A DNA stretch of 64,000 nt. It comes from Thermoanaerobaculia bacterium (GTDB taxonomy: Bacteria > Acidobacteriota > Thermoanaerobaculia > UBA5066). How positions within the stretch are numbered: the stretch's first letter is position 1; each line of letters opens with the position of its first letter. This document shows, piece by piece, positions 48,035 to 56,315 of this stretch. The stretch is taken from contig CAVRAY010000001.1 of the NCBI GenBank assembly GCA_963719225.1, positions 1,376,001 through 1,440,000 on the forward strand, given 5' to 3'. The notes below the pieces were generated by a model. That model did not search any database and had not been told where the DNA came from. It was given only the letters and a program-made list of their open reading frames with translations. A program made the translations under genes and the position numbers.

Positions 48035-49162
48035 TCAGGCTCTCTTACGCCCGTACTGGGCGAGGGGTGACTTCAGGAGGCAGCCCTTCTTTTCCAACTG
48101 CCAGCCGAGCGTCCGAAGGACTTCCCGGCCGACGGCCTCGACGACAGGAGGCACGACGGCGTTTCCGAACTGCCGATAGGCCTGCGTGTCCGAGACGACG
48201 ATCGGATACTCGTCGGAAAGCCCATGAGTCGCGCGCACTCGCGCGGCGTCAGGCGGCGTGGCGGCTTGCGCTTCCCCTGCGAGATGAGAATTTCGGAGCC
48301 GTCCTTGTAGTAGCGCGCGCTCAGCGTACGCGTGACGCCTCCGGGATCCGCGATTCCGAAGCCGAAACCGTTTCCCTTTTCCTTGTGGCGTCGCGCGTAT
48401 TCCTGGAGGTATGTCCAGAGGTGCTCGCTCAGCGTGTACTTATCCGGAGGATCTTTTTCCAGGATGTCCTGCAGCTTCGGGCGTGGGGCCTGTGGAGCTG
48501 CAGGGAACTCGAAGGGGGGAGCATCGCCGAAGACCCGGCGATCGAAGCAGACGATGAAGATGCGCTCCCTGTGCTGCGAGATCCAGGAAGCCGCATCGAT
48601 CACGGTGGCGTGGACCACGTAATCCAGATCCTGGAGCGTCTCGCGGATCACATTCCAGGTGCGGCCCGAATCGTGAGAGAGAGGATTTTTGACGTTTTCG
48701 AGGAGGGCGATCGGGGGCCGCTTCGCCTCGATCAGTGTGGCGAGCGTGAAGAAGAGATTCCCCGGTCGGCACACTTGAATCCGTGTGCGCGGCCGAGGCT
48801 CTTCTTCTTCGAGACGCCTGCGATCGAGAACGGCTGACATGGGAAGCCAGCAGCCATGATGTCGTGGTCAGGGATGTCTGGGAATTTCGGATGTCGCGGC
48901 GGCTCTTCTCGAACATGGTGACGTCTTCCGAGTACGGTCCACTCCGAGGAAAACACGCATGTGCCCGAGCCGCCGAGCGCGGTCTGAACCTCGATCCGGC
49001 GAAGAGATCGACGAACTTGAAGGGGAGAGCGCCGCACGGATTTCTCAACGACGGCGCCGGGCCGGAGAAGAGCGTCATCTGACCGCCGTCTGGGCCTTGC
49101 GCAGGACGACACGACGAACTCGCGTTTGGAGACGCCGTCACGGCAGATTCTCGCTGATCCAC
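48035..49162 (-). pseudogene. dcm: DNA (cytosine-5)-methyltransferase of the Dcm/M.EcoRII type, several frameshifts
   Basis: Motifs are scattered over frames: DLFAG, AGFPCQPFS, LLENVKN, QHRERIFIV, GNGFGFG, TRTLSARYYKDGSEILI, RRLTPRECARLMGF and QAYRQFGNAVV. The target-recognition region resembles Dcm (CCWGG). Start position is uncertain. Confidence 0.88.
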
Positions 49163-49286
49163 GTGTCAACTCCGGGGTACGCCGGACAGCATGTCCGGCT
49201 ATGGCTGCCTCTGGGAAAGGACGATATCAGGAGATATCATGAATTCCCAGCGCCTCCTTCGAGAGGCTCGGAAAGGAGGAAATGAG

Positions 49287-49454
49287 ATGGCCAAGAACTC
49301 TCCCGTCGGTAGCGGCCGCCGTGTGGCGCGGTAAGGATCGATCGCAGGTGAAGAACCGATCAACGATCGCTGGACAAACGCGACGCGGAGAGCGGGCGCT
49401 TCATCGACAGAAAGCGGACGACAAGCCTTCAAGGGTGTCCGCCGCGAGAAGTGA
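49287..49454 (+). pseudogene. Small basic hypothetical protein (~57 aa) with several apparent 1-bp deletions
   Basis: AGGAGG RBS upstream. Across frame slips it reads MAKNSPVGSGRR..GAVKDRSQVKN..NDRWTKRDAESGRFID.KADDKPFKGVRREK*, resembling a small conserved family I recall from mobile or defence regions (not verified). Confidence 0.6.
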
Positions 49455-49525
49455 CCTGCCTGCGGCCGCAGAGCTGACAGTGGTCCGAACCATGGCCAGC
49501 TCTTCGTGAATCGCTCGGCGATGCT

Positions 49526-49600
49526 CGCGCGTACGCTGCGTGCGACACGGCCACGCGTGACGAGCGCGCCTGGCCGCGCACGCATCGCGCCGCGCTGGAG
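49526..49600 (+). repeat. ~75-bp imperfect direct repeat, copy 2
   Basis: Matches 44814-44890. Confidence 0.85.
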
Positions 49601-49768
49601 CTTCTTCTTTAGCCGCTTCTCCGCGGCTCACCACACGCCCGAAGAGGACCGCAATCGCGCCCGCCGGCGCTCCGGCCCGCGGGGTGGAGGCGCCGGCCGC
49701 GGGGCAGCGCGCGTGCCCGCGGGTCCCTCCCGGCCTCCCATCGGGCACGCGCCTGCGAGAACCCGCTC

Positions 49769-49799
49769 GCCGATAAACGCGTTTATCGGCCCCGGCACT
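49769..49799. repeat. 31-bp inverted-repeat arm containing a perfect 22-bp palindrome (partner at 50536-50566)
   Basis: GCCGATAAACGCGTTTATCGGC-CCCGGCACT; its exact reverse complement is at 50536-50566. Confidence 0.9.
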
Positions 49800-50535
49800 T
49801 TCATGTCCCGCTGCGCTTCGCTCCGCGGGGCCACCCCGCGGGCCTCCGGGTCGCGGCTCGCTTCGCTGCGCCGCGACCTTTAACAGAACGTGGAGGTCGC
49901 TGTTAAACGCGCGGGGCGTGCGGTGCGCGCCCGGCGGGCGCGAGCGGTGAAGGGCCTTGCGCGGCGCGCGCCTGAAGGGCGCGAGCACCTGCGCGCGCAA
50001 GCGTGCTCGGTCACGCGCCACGTCTCGCGCGCCGCGCAAGGCCTCGTGGCTGGCGGTGCTCGCTTCGCTCGGGTGGTAAAGCGCTGGCAGTGCACGTGCG
50101 CCTCTTCCGCTTCGGTCGGCTGTGCCTGGCGTGTGCTCGGCCACCTTCGCGGGCACGCTCCCGCCAGCGCCGGGCACGAGAGGATCGCGCGGGACCGCCG
50201 CGCTGCGCGCGGCCGCGCCGAAGGCGCGGCTAAGGAAGAAAGCTCTCGGGCGTGGCGCGAGCGTGCCCGTGCGAGCGGATCGAGGACACGCAGGAACGAG
50301 GCCCGCAGATGCGCGAACACGGAAGGGGAGCACGCGCAGTGCCACGCCTTTAGGCGCTCGCGCGAAGCGCGCACGGAAGATCGAGGTGTGAACCGTGAGC
50401 GAAGCCGAGGCGCGCGGGCGCGCGGTGACGACGAGCCCCGGCCTGGGCGGGTTTACATAGCCTTGGGTTATGTGAAAGGCGAAGCCCGGAGGCGCGCGGG
50501 TGGGCTGCGTGCGCGAAGCGCACGCGCACAGGAGC

Positions 50536-50566
50536 AGTGCCGGGGCCGATAAACGCGTTTATCGGC
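50536..50566. repeat. 31-bp inverted-repeat arm, partner of 49769-49799
   Basis: AGTGCCGGG-GCCGATAAACGCGTTTATCGGC. Confidence 0.9.
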
Positions 50567-50755
50567 CAGCGAAAGGATGCAGCGCGCGTGACGGGAAGGG
50601 GAAATTGGGGCCACGCCTGGAACGCGCGCTGCGGAGCGCCCGGCACGAACGCCCCGCGCGCCGGAGCCCGCCGGGGCCGGGGGCGTAACGGGCCGTGCTC
50701 TTCGGAGGATGGGAGCGCGATCAGCTCACCTGTCGCGACGGCCGCTCCAGCGCGG

Positions 50756-51537
50756 TCACGGCGCTTGCGCGGGAGCGCGACGACGGAGCACGAGTCGCGC
50801 GGACGTGGTCGCGCGAGAGCCATTGCAAGCGTCCGTGACGCGCGGGAAGAGACGATGCGAGCTTCGTCTCGACCGCTTCGATAAACATCGACCGATGTCG
50901 AGGAGCGTCTGTGCCTCTGCGAGCATCTTGTCTCGTGTCCGCTTGCGCCGCTTGCGGCGGCTGCCCTTCAGGTCGATGTCCAGCTCGTGAATGATCTGAT
51001 TTCTGACCTCGAAGATCGGCCGCAGGTCTGCCGGGGACTTTCCGAGGGCCGAGGCCTCGACGCCGAGCGCTGCGGCAGCGCGAAACAACTGCTCAGCCGA
51101 CTGAAGGCTGTTTCCAGTCAGATCTTCCGTGTAATCGACGATAAGCGATCACGTAGAGACGCTGCGGAAAGAAGATGAGCTAGGAACTTCGTACCGCGGC
51201 GCGTGGATTCGTCATCCTCATTCTGGAGTCGGGACGCAACGAACCTCTCCAGACCTTCCTGAACCTTTTTGTCCTTCTTCAGGAGATCGACGAGGGTGTT
51301 GCGGATCAGCTGCTTCGTAAGCGAGTCAAGGCCTGCGCCAGCGAGAACAAGAGCAGCGCGCAGTAGATCCTGCTCGGCGTCGGTAGGAGCCCCCGCGGTC
51401 ACACCGCGGCTTTGCCTGACAACACCGAAGGCATCGTCGAAAGCCTTAACCGTCGTCTTTGCGTGATCCAAGATGAGCCTTGGGCTGGCGGTCTGAGGGT
51501 GGGGTGAGTTGCTCCGTGGTCGGCGCGCAACGGGCAT
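50756..51537 (-). pseudogene. HEPN-domain protein (putative RNase), frameshifted; 3' end uncertain
   Basis: N-part DLLRAALVLAGAGLDSLTKQ and C-part IFEVRNQIIHELD (R-x4-H) lie in different frames. Confidence 0.6.
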
Positions 51538-51542
51538 GAAGC

Positions 51543-51983
51543 TCAGCTCGCCTTGGCGAGGAAGGCGTCAATGGTCCTGAGGAGGGCCTGCTGATCACGC
51601 TTGGGGAGGCGCTCGAGGTCTTGAAGGCGCCTGAGGAGCCGGCGGTTTTTGATTGCGCCATTTCCCTTGAGTTTCTCGAGGCCGAGAAGCTCGTCGGCCG
51701 AGACACGCAGGACCCGGGTCAACTCGACGATCGCCTGGCCGTGGAGCCGCAGCTCCCCGCGCTCGTAGTCCGAGACGACCGGCTGGGCGACACCGAGATG
51801 CTCGGCCAGCTCCATCTGGGTGATGCCGCGCTCGCGGCGAAGCCGTGAGAGGCGCTCCCCGATGGACTCTTTGTTTTTCCCGTCCGGCCCGTCTTGTCTG
51901 CCACGCCCGAGGCCTCCGTCCAGAAGATCGACGGAACGATCGTAGGGCTGGATTCCGGATGGTCCTGGTCGGGCATGTCGCAT
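51543..51983 (-). CDS. XRE-family HTH transcriptional regulator (start uncertain)
   Basis: IGERLSRLRRERGITQMELAEHLGVAQPVVSDYERG...VSADELLG; divergent from the primase gene. Confidence 0.9.
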   Translation of the reverse strand: MRHARPGPSGIQPYDRSVDLLDGGLGRGRQDGPDGKNKESIGERLSRLRRERGITQMELAEHLGVAQPVVSDYERGELRLHGQAIVELTRVLRVSADELLGLEKLKGNGAIKNRRLLRRLQDLERLPKRDQQALLRTIDAFLAKAS

Positions 51984-51995
51984 CCCTCTTGCAGA

Positions 51996-52014
51996 TTATA
52001 GCAAAAACCTATAA
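51996..52014. promoter_or_regulatory. Candidate XRE operator in the divergent intergenic region
   Basis: AT-rich inverted repeat TTATAG-CAAAAAC-CTATAA between the repressor and primase genes. Confidence 0.4.
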
Positions 52015-52100
52015 GTTTGGAACACGAAGAGGAGGGCCTGCGAAATGGCCACCCGGATCCCGAAAGCTCTTGACAGCCTCCGACGAGGCAGGTGACGGCG

Positions 52101-55100
52101 ATGCCCCGCATCCCGAACGATCTCCTCGAGCGCATCAAGCACGAGACGCCGCTGCGGCTCCTCGTCGAGCGCTCGGGCGTCGTGCTGAAGGTCTCGGGCG
52201 AAAACGTCATCGGCCTGTGCCCGATGCACGACGACCACGACCCGTCTCTCGTGCTGACGCCATCGCGCGGTCTCTGGCACTGCCTGGGAGCGTGTCAGGC
52301 CGGCGGCACCGTGATCGACTGGGTCATGAAGGCCGACGGCCTCGATTTCCGCGAGGCCGTCGACAAGCTGCTAGCCGAATTCTTTCCTTTAGAAGCCGCC
52401 TCTCTCATCAGGCACGCAGCCGTCACGGAGCAGGCCTGCCCGCTCGATCTCGACGCCGACGACCAGACGCTCCTCAACCAGTACGCGGATTTCTGCCACG
52501 AGCTTTTCAAGACGACAGCCGAGCCGAAGGAGTACGCGGCTAAAAGACGGATCGCGTCCGACGAGCTCGTCTCGCATTTCAAGCTCGGCTACGCGAATCG
52601 CACGCTCGGCCTCCGTCTCCCGAGCGTGCGAGCCAGAGCCGGCCTGGCGCTCCGTATGCGCTTGCAGTCTCTCGGCATCCTCCGCGGCTCGGGCCACGAG
52701 CATCTCGTCGGCTCTCTCGTCATCCCGATTAGGGACAGCGCCGGCAACGTCACGGGCATGTACGGGAGAAAGACGCGCAACGACCTCCGGACCGGGACAC
52801 CTGATCACCTCTATCTCCCTGGCCCGCACCGCGGAGTCTTCAACGTCGAGGCTTTCGCCGAATCGAAGACGATCATCCTCACGGAGTCGCTCATCGACAC
52901 GCTCTCCTTCTGGGAAAGCGGTTTCAAGAACGTCACGTGCGCCTATGGCGTCGAGGGCTTCACCGAGGAGATTCTCGGAGCCTTCTCTTTCCACGAGATC
53001 GAGCGCTGCTACATCGCCTTCGACCGCGACGAAGCCGGCGACCGTGGTGCGACACGCGTCGCCGAGAAGCTCATGTCGGCCGGCGTCGAGTGCTTCCGCG
53101 TCCTCTTCCCGAAAGGGATGGATGCGAACGAAGTCGCCCGGAAGATGCACCCGGCCGAGAAGACGCTCGGACTCTTCATCCGGAGCGCCGAGTGGATCGG
53201 CAAAGGAAAGGGCCCGGAGAGACCGAAGAGAACCGAGAGGCCGGAAGAGGCGGCTAAAGAAGAAATGCGGGCAGCGGCCGGGCGGCCGGCTGCGCGCATC
53301 GAAGAGTCACGTGCTGCCGCCCCTGCTCAACTTCTTTCTTTAGCGGCTCCTGCGCCGCTGCCCGAAGCGCTGGCGCCAGCTCGCGAGCACGACGAGGCGG
53401 CTAAAGAAGAAAGGCCGGCCACGAGTCTGACGGCCACCACCGATCTCGACGAATTCATCCTCGTGGAAGGCGACCGCCGCTATCGCGTCCGCGGGCTCCG
53501 GAAGAATCTCTCCTACGGCTCGCTCAGGCTGAACGTCTTCGTCTCGCGCGACGGGGACCTCTTCGACGAGAAGTCACCGCTGGCCGGCTTCTTCGTCGAC
53601 ACCTTCGATCTCTACGCGGCGCGTGCCCGTGCCGTCTTCGAACGCCAAGCGTCTCTCGAGATGGGCGTCGAGGAGCGCGTCATCAAGCACGACCTGGGCG
53701 CCGTGCTGAGGCGTGCCGAGGAGCTGCAGCAGGAAGCGATCACGAAGGCGCTCGAGCCGAAGGCGCGCCCCGTCCTCATGAGCGCCGGGGACACCGAAGA
53801 GGCGATGAGGCTCCTGCGTGACCCGAACCTCCTCTATCGCATCCTCCACGACTTCTCCCGCTGCGGCGTCGTGGGCGAGGAAACGAACAAGCTCGTCGGC
53901 TATCTGGCAGCCACGTCCCGAAAGCTCGATCGCCCGCTCGCCGTCATCCTCCAGTCCTCGAGCGCGGCGGGCAAGTCGTCGCTGATGGAAGCGATCCTGG
54001 ATTTCATGCCCGAAGAGGAGCGCGAGAAGTACTCGGCGCTGACCGGCATGTCCCTCTTCTACTTCACCGAAGAGAAGAGCCTCAGGCACAAGATTCTGGC
54101 TGTCGTCGAAGAGGAAGGCGCCGAGCGCGCCAGCTACGCGCTCAAGCTTCTCCAGTCGGAAGGCGAGCTGTCGATCGCGTCCACGGGGAAGGATCCGCAC
54201 ACCGGGCGTCTCGTCACGCAGGAGTACCGCGTCGAAGGGCCCGTGATGATTTTCCTGACGACGACGGCCGCGGTCGTCGATGAAGAACTCCTGAATCGCT
54301 GCCTCGTCCTCTCCGTCGACGAGAACCGCGAACAGACGAAGAGGATCCACGAGCTTCAGCGTCAGGCCGAAACGATCGAAGGGCTCCTGGCCGCTAAAGA
54401 TAAGAGCAGGATCGTCCGCCTCCACCGCAACGCGCAGAGGCTCATCAAGCCTCTTCTCGTCGCGAATCCGTACGCAGCCCGCTTGACCTTCCTCGACGAC
54501 AGGACGCGCACGAGGCGCGATCACGTCAAGTACCTGACCCTCATCCGGTCGATCGCGCTCCTGCATCAGCACCAGAGGGAAGTGAAGACGATCGAGCACG
54601 AGGGGAAGGTCGTCGAATACATCGAGGCGACGCTCGAGGACATCGGGACCGCCAACAGGCTCGCGGCCGAAGTCCTCGGCCGCTCTCTCGACGAGCTGCC
54701 ACCGCAGACACGTCGCCTCCTCGAGCTCCTCGAAATAATGGTGACGAAAGAGAGCGAGCGGCTAAAAGTGGGAAGGGCCGACTTCCGCTTCACGCGCCGC
54801 GACGTACGCGCGCGCACGGGCTGGGGAGACACCCAGCTGAAGGTCCACCTGAACCGTCTCGTCGAGCTCGAGTACGTGCTCATCCATCGTGGGGGCCGCG
54901 GGCAGAGCTTCGTCTTCGAGCTTCTGTACGAGGGCCAGGGGAAAGACGGCTCGCGCTTCGTGCCGGGCCTCGTGGATGTCGAGACCCTCGGGCGTGAAGC
55001 CGAGCGGGCGGGGAAGAACGATGAGCAGCCGGGCCTCGGGCGGCCCCTGGTCGGCGGGCGGTCGGACTCCGGTCGGGCTGAAGAGACGCCGGGCCCGCCC

Positions 55101-55247
55101 GCTCCTGCAACTGCTTTTCTTCCTTTAGTCGCCGCGCGTTTCGACGAGGCGCTACTCGGTGGCGACCCCAAGGTGTCGTCGTACCAGGCCGAGGCAGCTA
55201 AAGAAAAAAGCTATCGGCCGCGGCGCTACTTTCTGCGCGGTGCCTGA
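52101..55247 (+). CDS. CHC2 zinc-finger/Toprim DNA primase fused to a P-loop ATPase/helicase-like domain
   Basis: CPMHDD...WHCLGAC; Toprim motifs LTESLID and FDRDEAG; GMDAN; Walker-A-like SSAAGKSS. Confidence 0.9.
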   Translation: MPRIPNDLLERIKHETPLRLLVERSGVVLKVSGENVIGLCPMHDDHDPSLVLTPSRGLWHCLGACQAGGTVIDWVMKADGLDFREAVDKLLAEFFPLEAASLIRHAAVTEQACPLDLDADDQTLLNQYADFCHELFKTTAEPKEYAAKRRIASDELVSHFKLGYANRTLGLRLPSVRARAGLALRMRLQSLGILRGSGHEHLVGSLVIPIRDSAGNVTGMYGRKTRNDLRTGTPDHLYLPGPHRGVFNVEAFAESKTIILTESLIDTLSFWESGFKNVTCAYGVEGFTEEILGAFSFHEIERCYIAFDRDEAGDRGATRVAEKLMSAGVECFRVLFPKGMDANEVARKMHPAEKTLGLFIRSAEWIGKGKGPERPKRTERPEEAAKEEMRAAAGRPAARIEESRAAAPAQLLSLAAPAPLPEALAPAREHDEAAKEERPATSLTATTDLDEFILVEGDRRYRVRGLRKNLSYGSLRLNVFVSRDGDLFDEKSPLAGFFVDTFDLYAARARAVFERQASLEMGVEERVIKHDLGAVLRRAEELQQEAITKALEPKARPVLMSAGDTEEAMRLLRDPNLLYRILHDFSRCGVVGEETNKLVGYLAATSRKLDRPLAVILQSSSAAGKSSLMEAILDFMPEEEREKYSALTGMSLFYFTEEKSLRHKILAVVEEEGAERASYALKLLQSEGELSIASTGKDPHTGRLVTQEYRVEGPVMIFLTTTAAVVDEELLNRCLVLSVDENREQTKRIHELQRQAETIEGLLAAKDKSRIVRLHRNAQRLIKPLLVANPYAARLTFLDDRTRTRRDHVKYLTLIRSIALLHQHQREVKTIEHEGKVVEYIEATLEDIGTANRLAAEVLGRSLDELPPQTRRLLELLEIMVTKESERLKVGRADFRFTRRDVRARTGWGDTQLKVHLNRLVELEYVLIHRGGRGQSFVFELLYEGQGKDGSRFVPGLVDVETLGREAERAGKNDEQPGLGRPLVGGRSDSGRAEETPGPPAPATAFLPLVAARFDEALLGGDPKVSSYQAEAAKEKSYRPRRYFLRGA

Positions 55248-56284
55248 TGGCCCGGCGTGGCGAGAAGCGCGTGTGGGCCTTCTCTGAGGCCTCGGATCCC
55301 GGCGGCCTCGTCGCGCTGATGCGGCTCTGGATCGAGTCGCTGCGCGTGCGCGGAATCTCCGCGAACACTGTCGTGCACTACGAGTGGGAAATCTCCGGCT
55401 TCATTCTCTGGTGTCACGAACGTGGCCTCGTGAGACCGGGTGAGATCTCGCGGCCGATCTTCGAGCGCTACCAGCGCTTCCTCTATCAGTACCGCACGGG
55501 CCACGGCCGGCCGCTGTCATTCCGAAGCCAGTACAAGCGGCTCGCCGCGCCGAAATACTTCTTCCGGTGGCTCGCGAGACAGGGCTATCTCCCATCCAGC
55601 CCCGCGTCCGATCTCGACATGCCGCGGCTTGGCCGGCGTCTCCCACGCCAGATCCTCACGGCCTCCGAGGCCGAGAAGGTCCTCGCGCAACCGGACCTCA
55701 CCGACCCCGTCGGCATCCGTGATCGCGCGATCCTCGAGACTTTCTACTCGACGGGGATCCGAAGAGGCGAGCTCGTCAGGCTGAAGCTCTACGACATTGG
55801 CTTCGAGAAGGGCACGCTCATGATCCGAGAGGGCAAGGGCCAGAAGGATCGCGTCATCCCGATCGGTGAGCGCGCGCTGAAGTGGCTCGAGAAATATCTG
55901 ACGGACGTGCGGCCTCATCTCGTCGTGCCTCCTGACGAGAGCGTGGTCTTCCTGACGTACATGGGCGTGCCGTTTCATCCCGACGCTCTTGGCCACGAAA
56001 TGAAGAAGTACCTGCAGGCATCGGGCGTCGGAAAAGAAGGCGCGTGTCACATCTTCCGGCACACGATGGCGACGCTGATGCTCGACGGGGGAGCCGACAT
56101 CCGTTACGTCCAGGAGATGCTCGGCCACACGAAGCTCGACACCACGACGATTTACACGCAGGTGTCGATCGACAAGCTCAAGAAGATCCACGACGCCACG
56201 CACCCAGGAGCGCGGCTCACGCCGCGAGCCGTGCCGGACGCCGAGCCTCAGAGCGCGGCCGAGGACGAAGATCCTTTCCTTTAG
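55247..56284 (+). CDS. Tyrosine recombinase (XerC/D-like integrase)
   Basis: Catalytic motifs STGIRRGE, GKGQKDR, HIFRH and LGH...TTIY; coupled to the primase stop (TGATG). Confidence 0.95.
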   Translation: MARRGEKRVWAFSEASDPGGLVALMRLWIESLRVRGISANTVVHYEWEISGFILWCHERGLVRPGEISRPIFERYQRFLYQYRTGHGRPLSFRSQYKRLAAPKYFFRWLARQGYLPSSPASDLDMPRLGRRLPRQILTASEAEKVLAQPDLTDPVGIRDRAILETFYSTGIRRGELVRLKLYDIGFEKGTLMIREGKGQKDRVIPIGERALKWLEKYLTDVRPHLVVPPDESVVFLTYMGVPFHPDALGHEMKKYLQASGVGKEGACHIFRHTMATLMLDGGADIRYVQEMLGHTKLDTTTIYTQVSIDKLKKIHDATHPGARLTPRAVPDAEPQSAAEDEDPFL

Positions 56285-56315
56285 TCCTCGCGCCGCGCGA
56301 AAATAAGGCCGCTAA

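Noticed and set aside
49500-50850. CRISPR array or MITE/IS
   Set aside because: There are only two palindrome copies, ~770 bp apart and inverted. No regular spacers, cas genes, transposase or target duplication were seen.
51543-56284. Prophage or conjugative ICE
   Set aside because: No capsid, terminase, tail, relaxase or T4SS genes, and no tRNA attachment site was seen.
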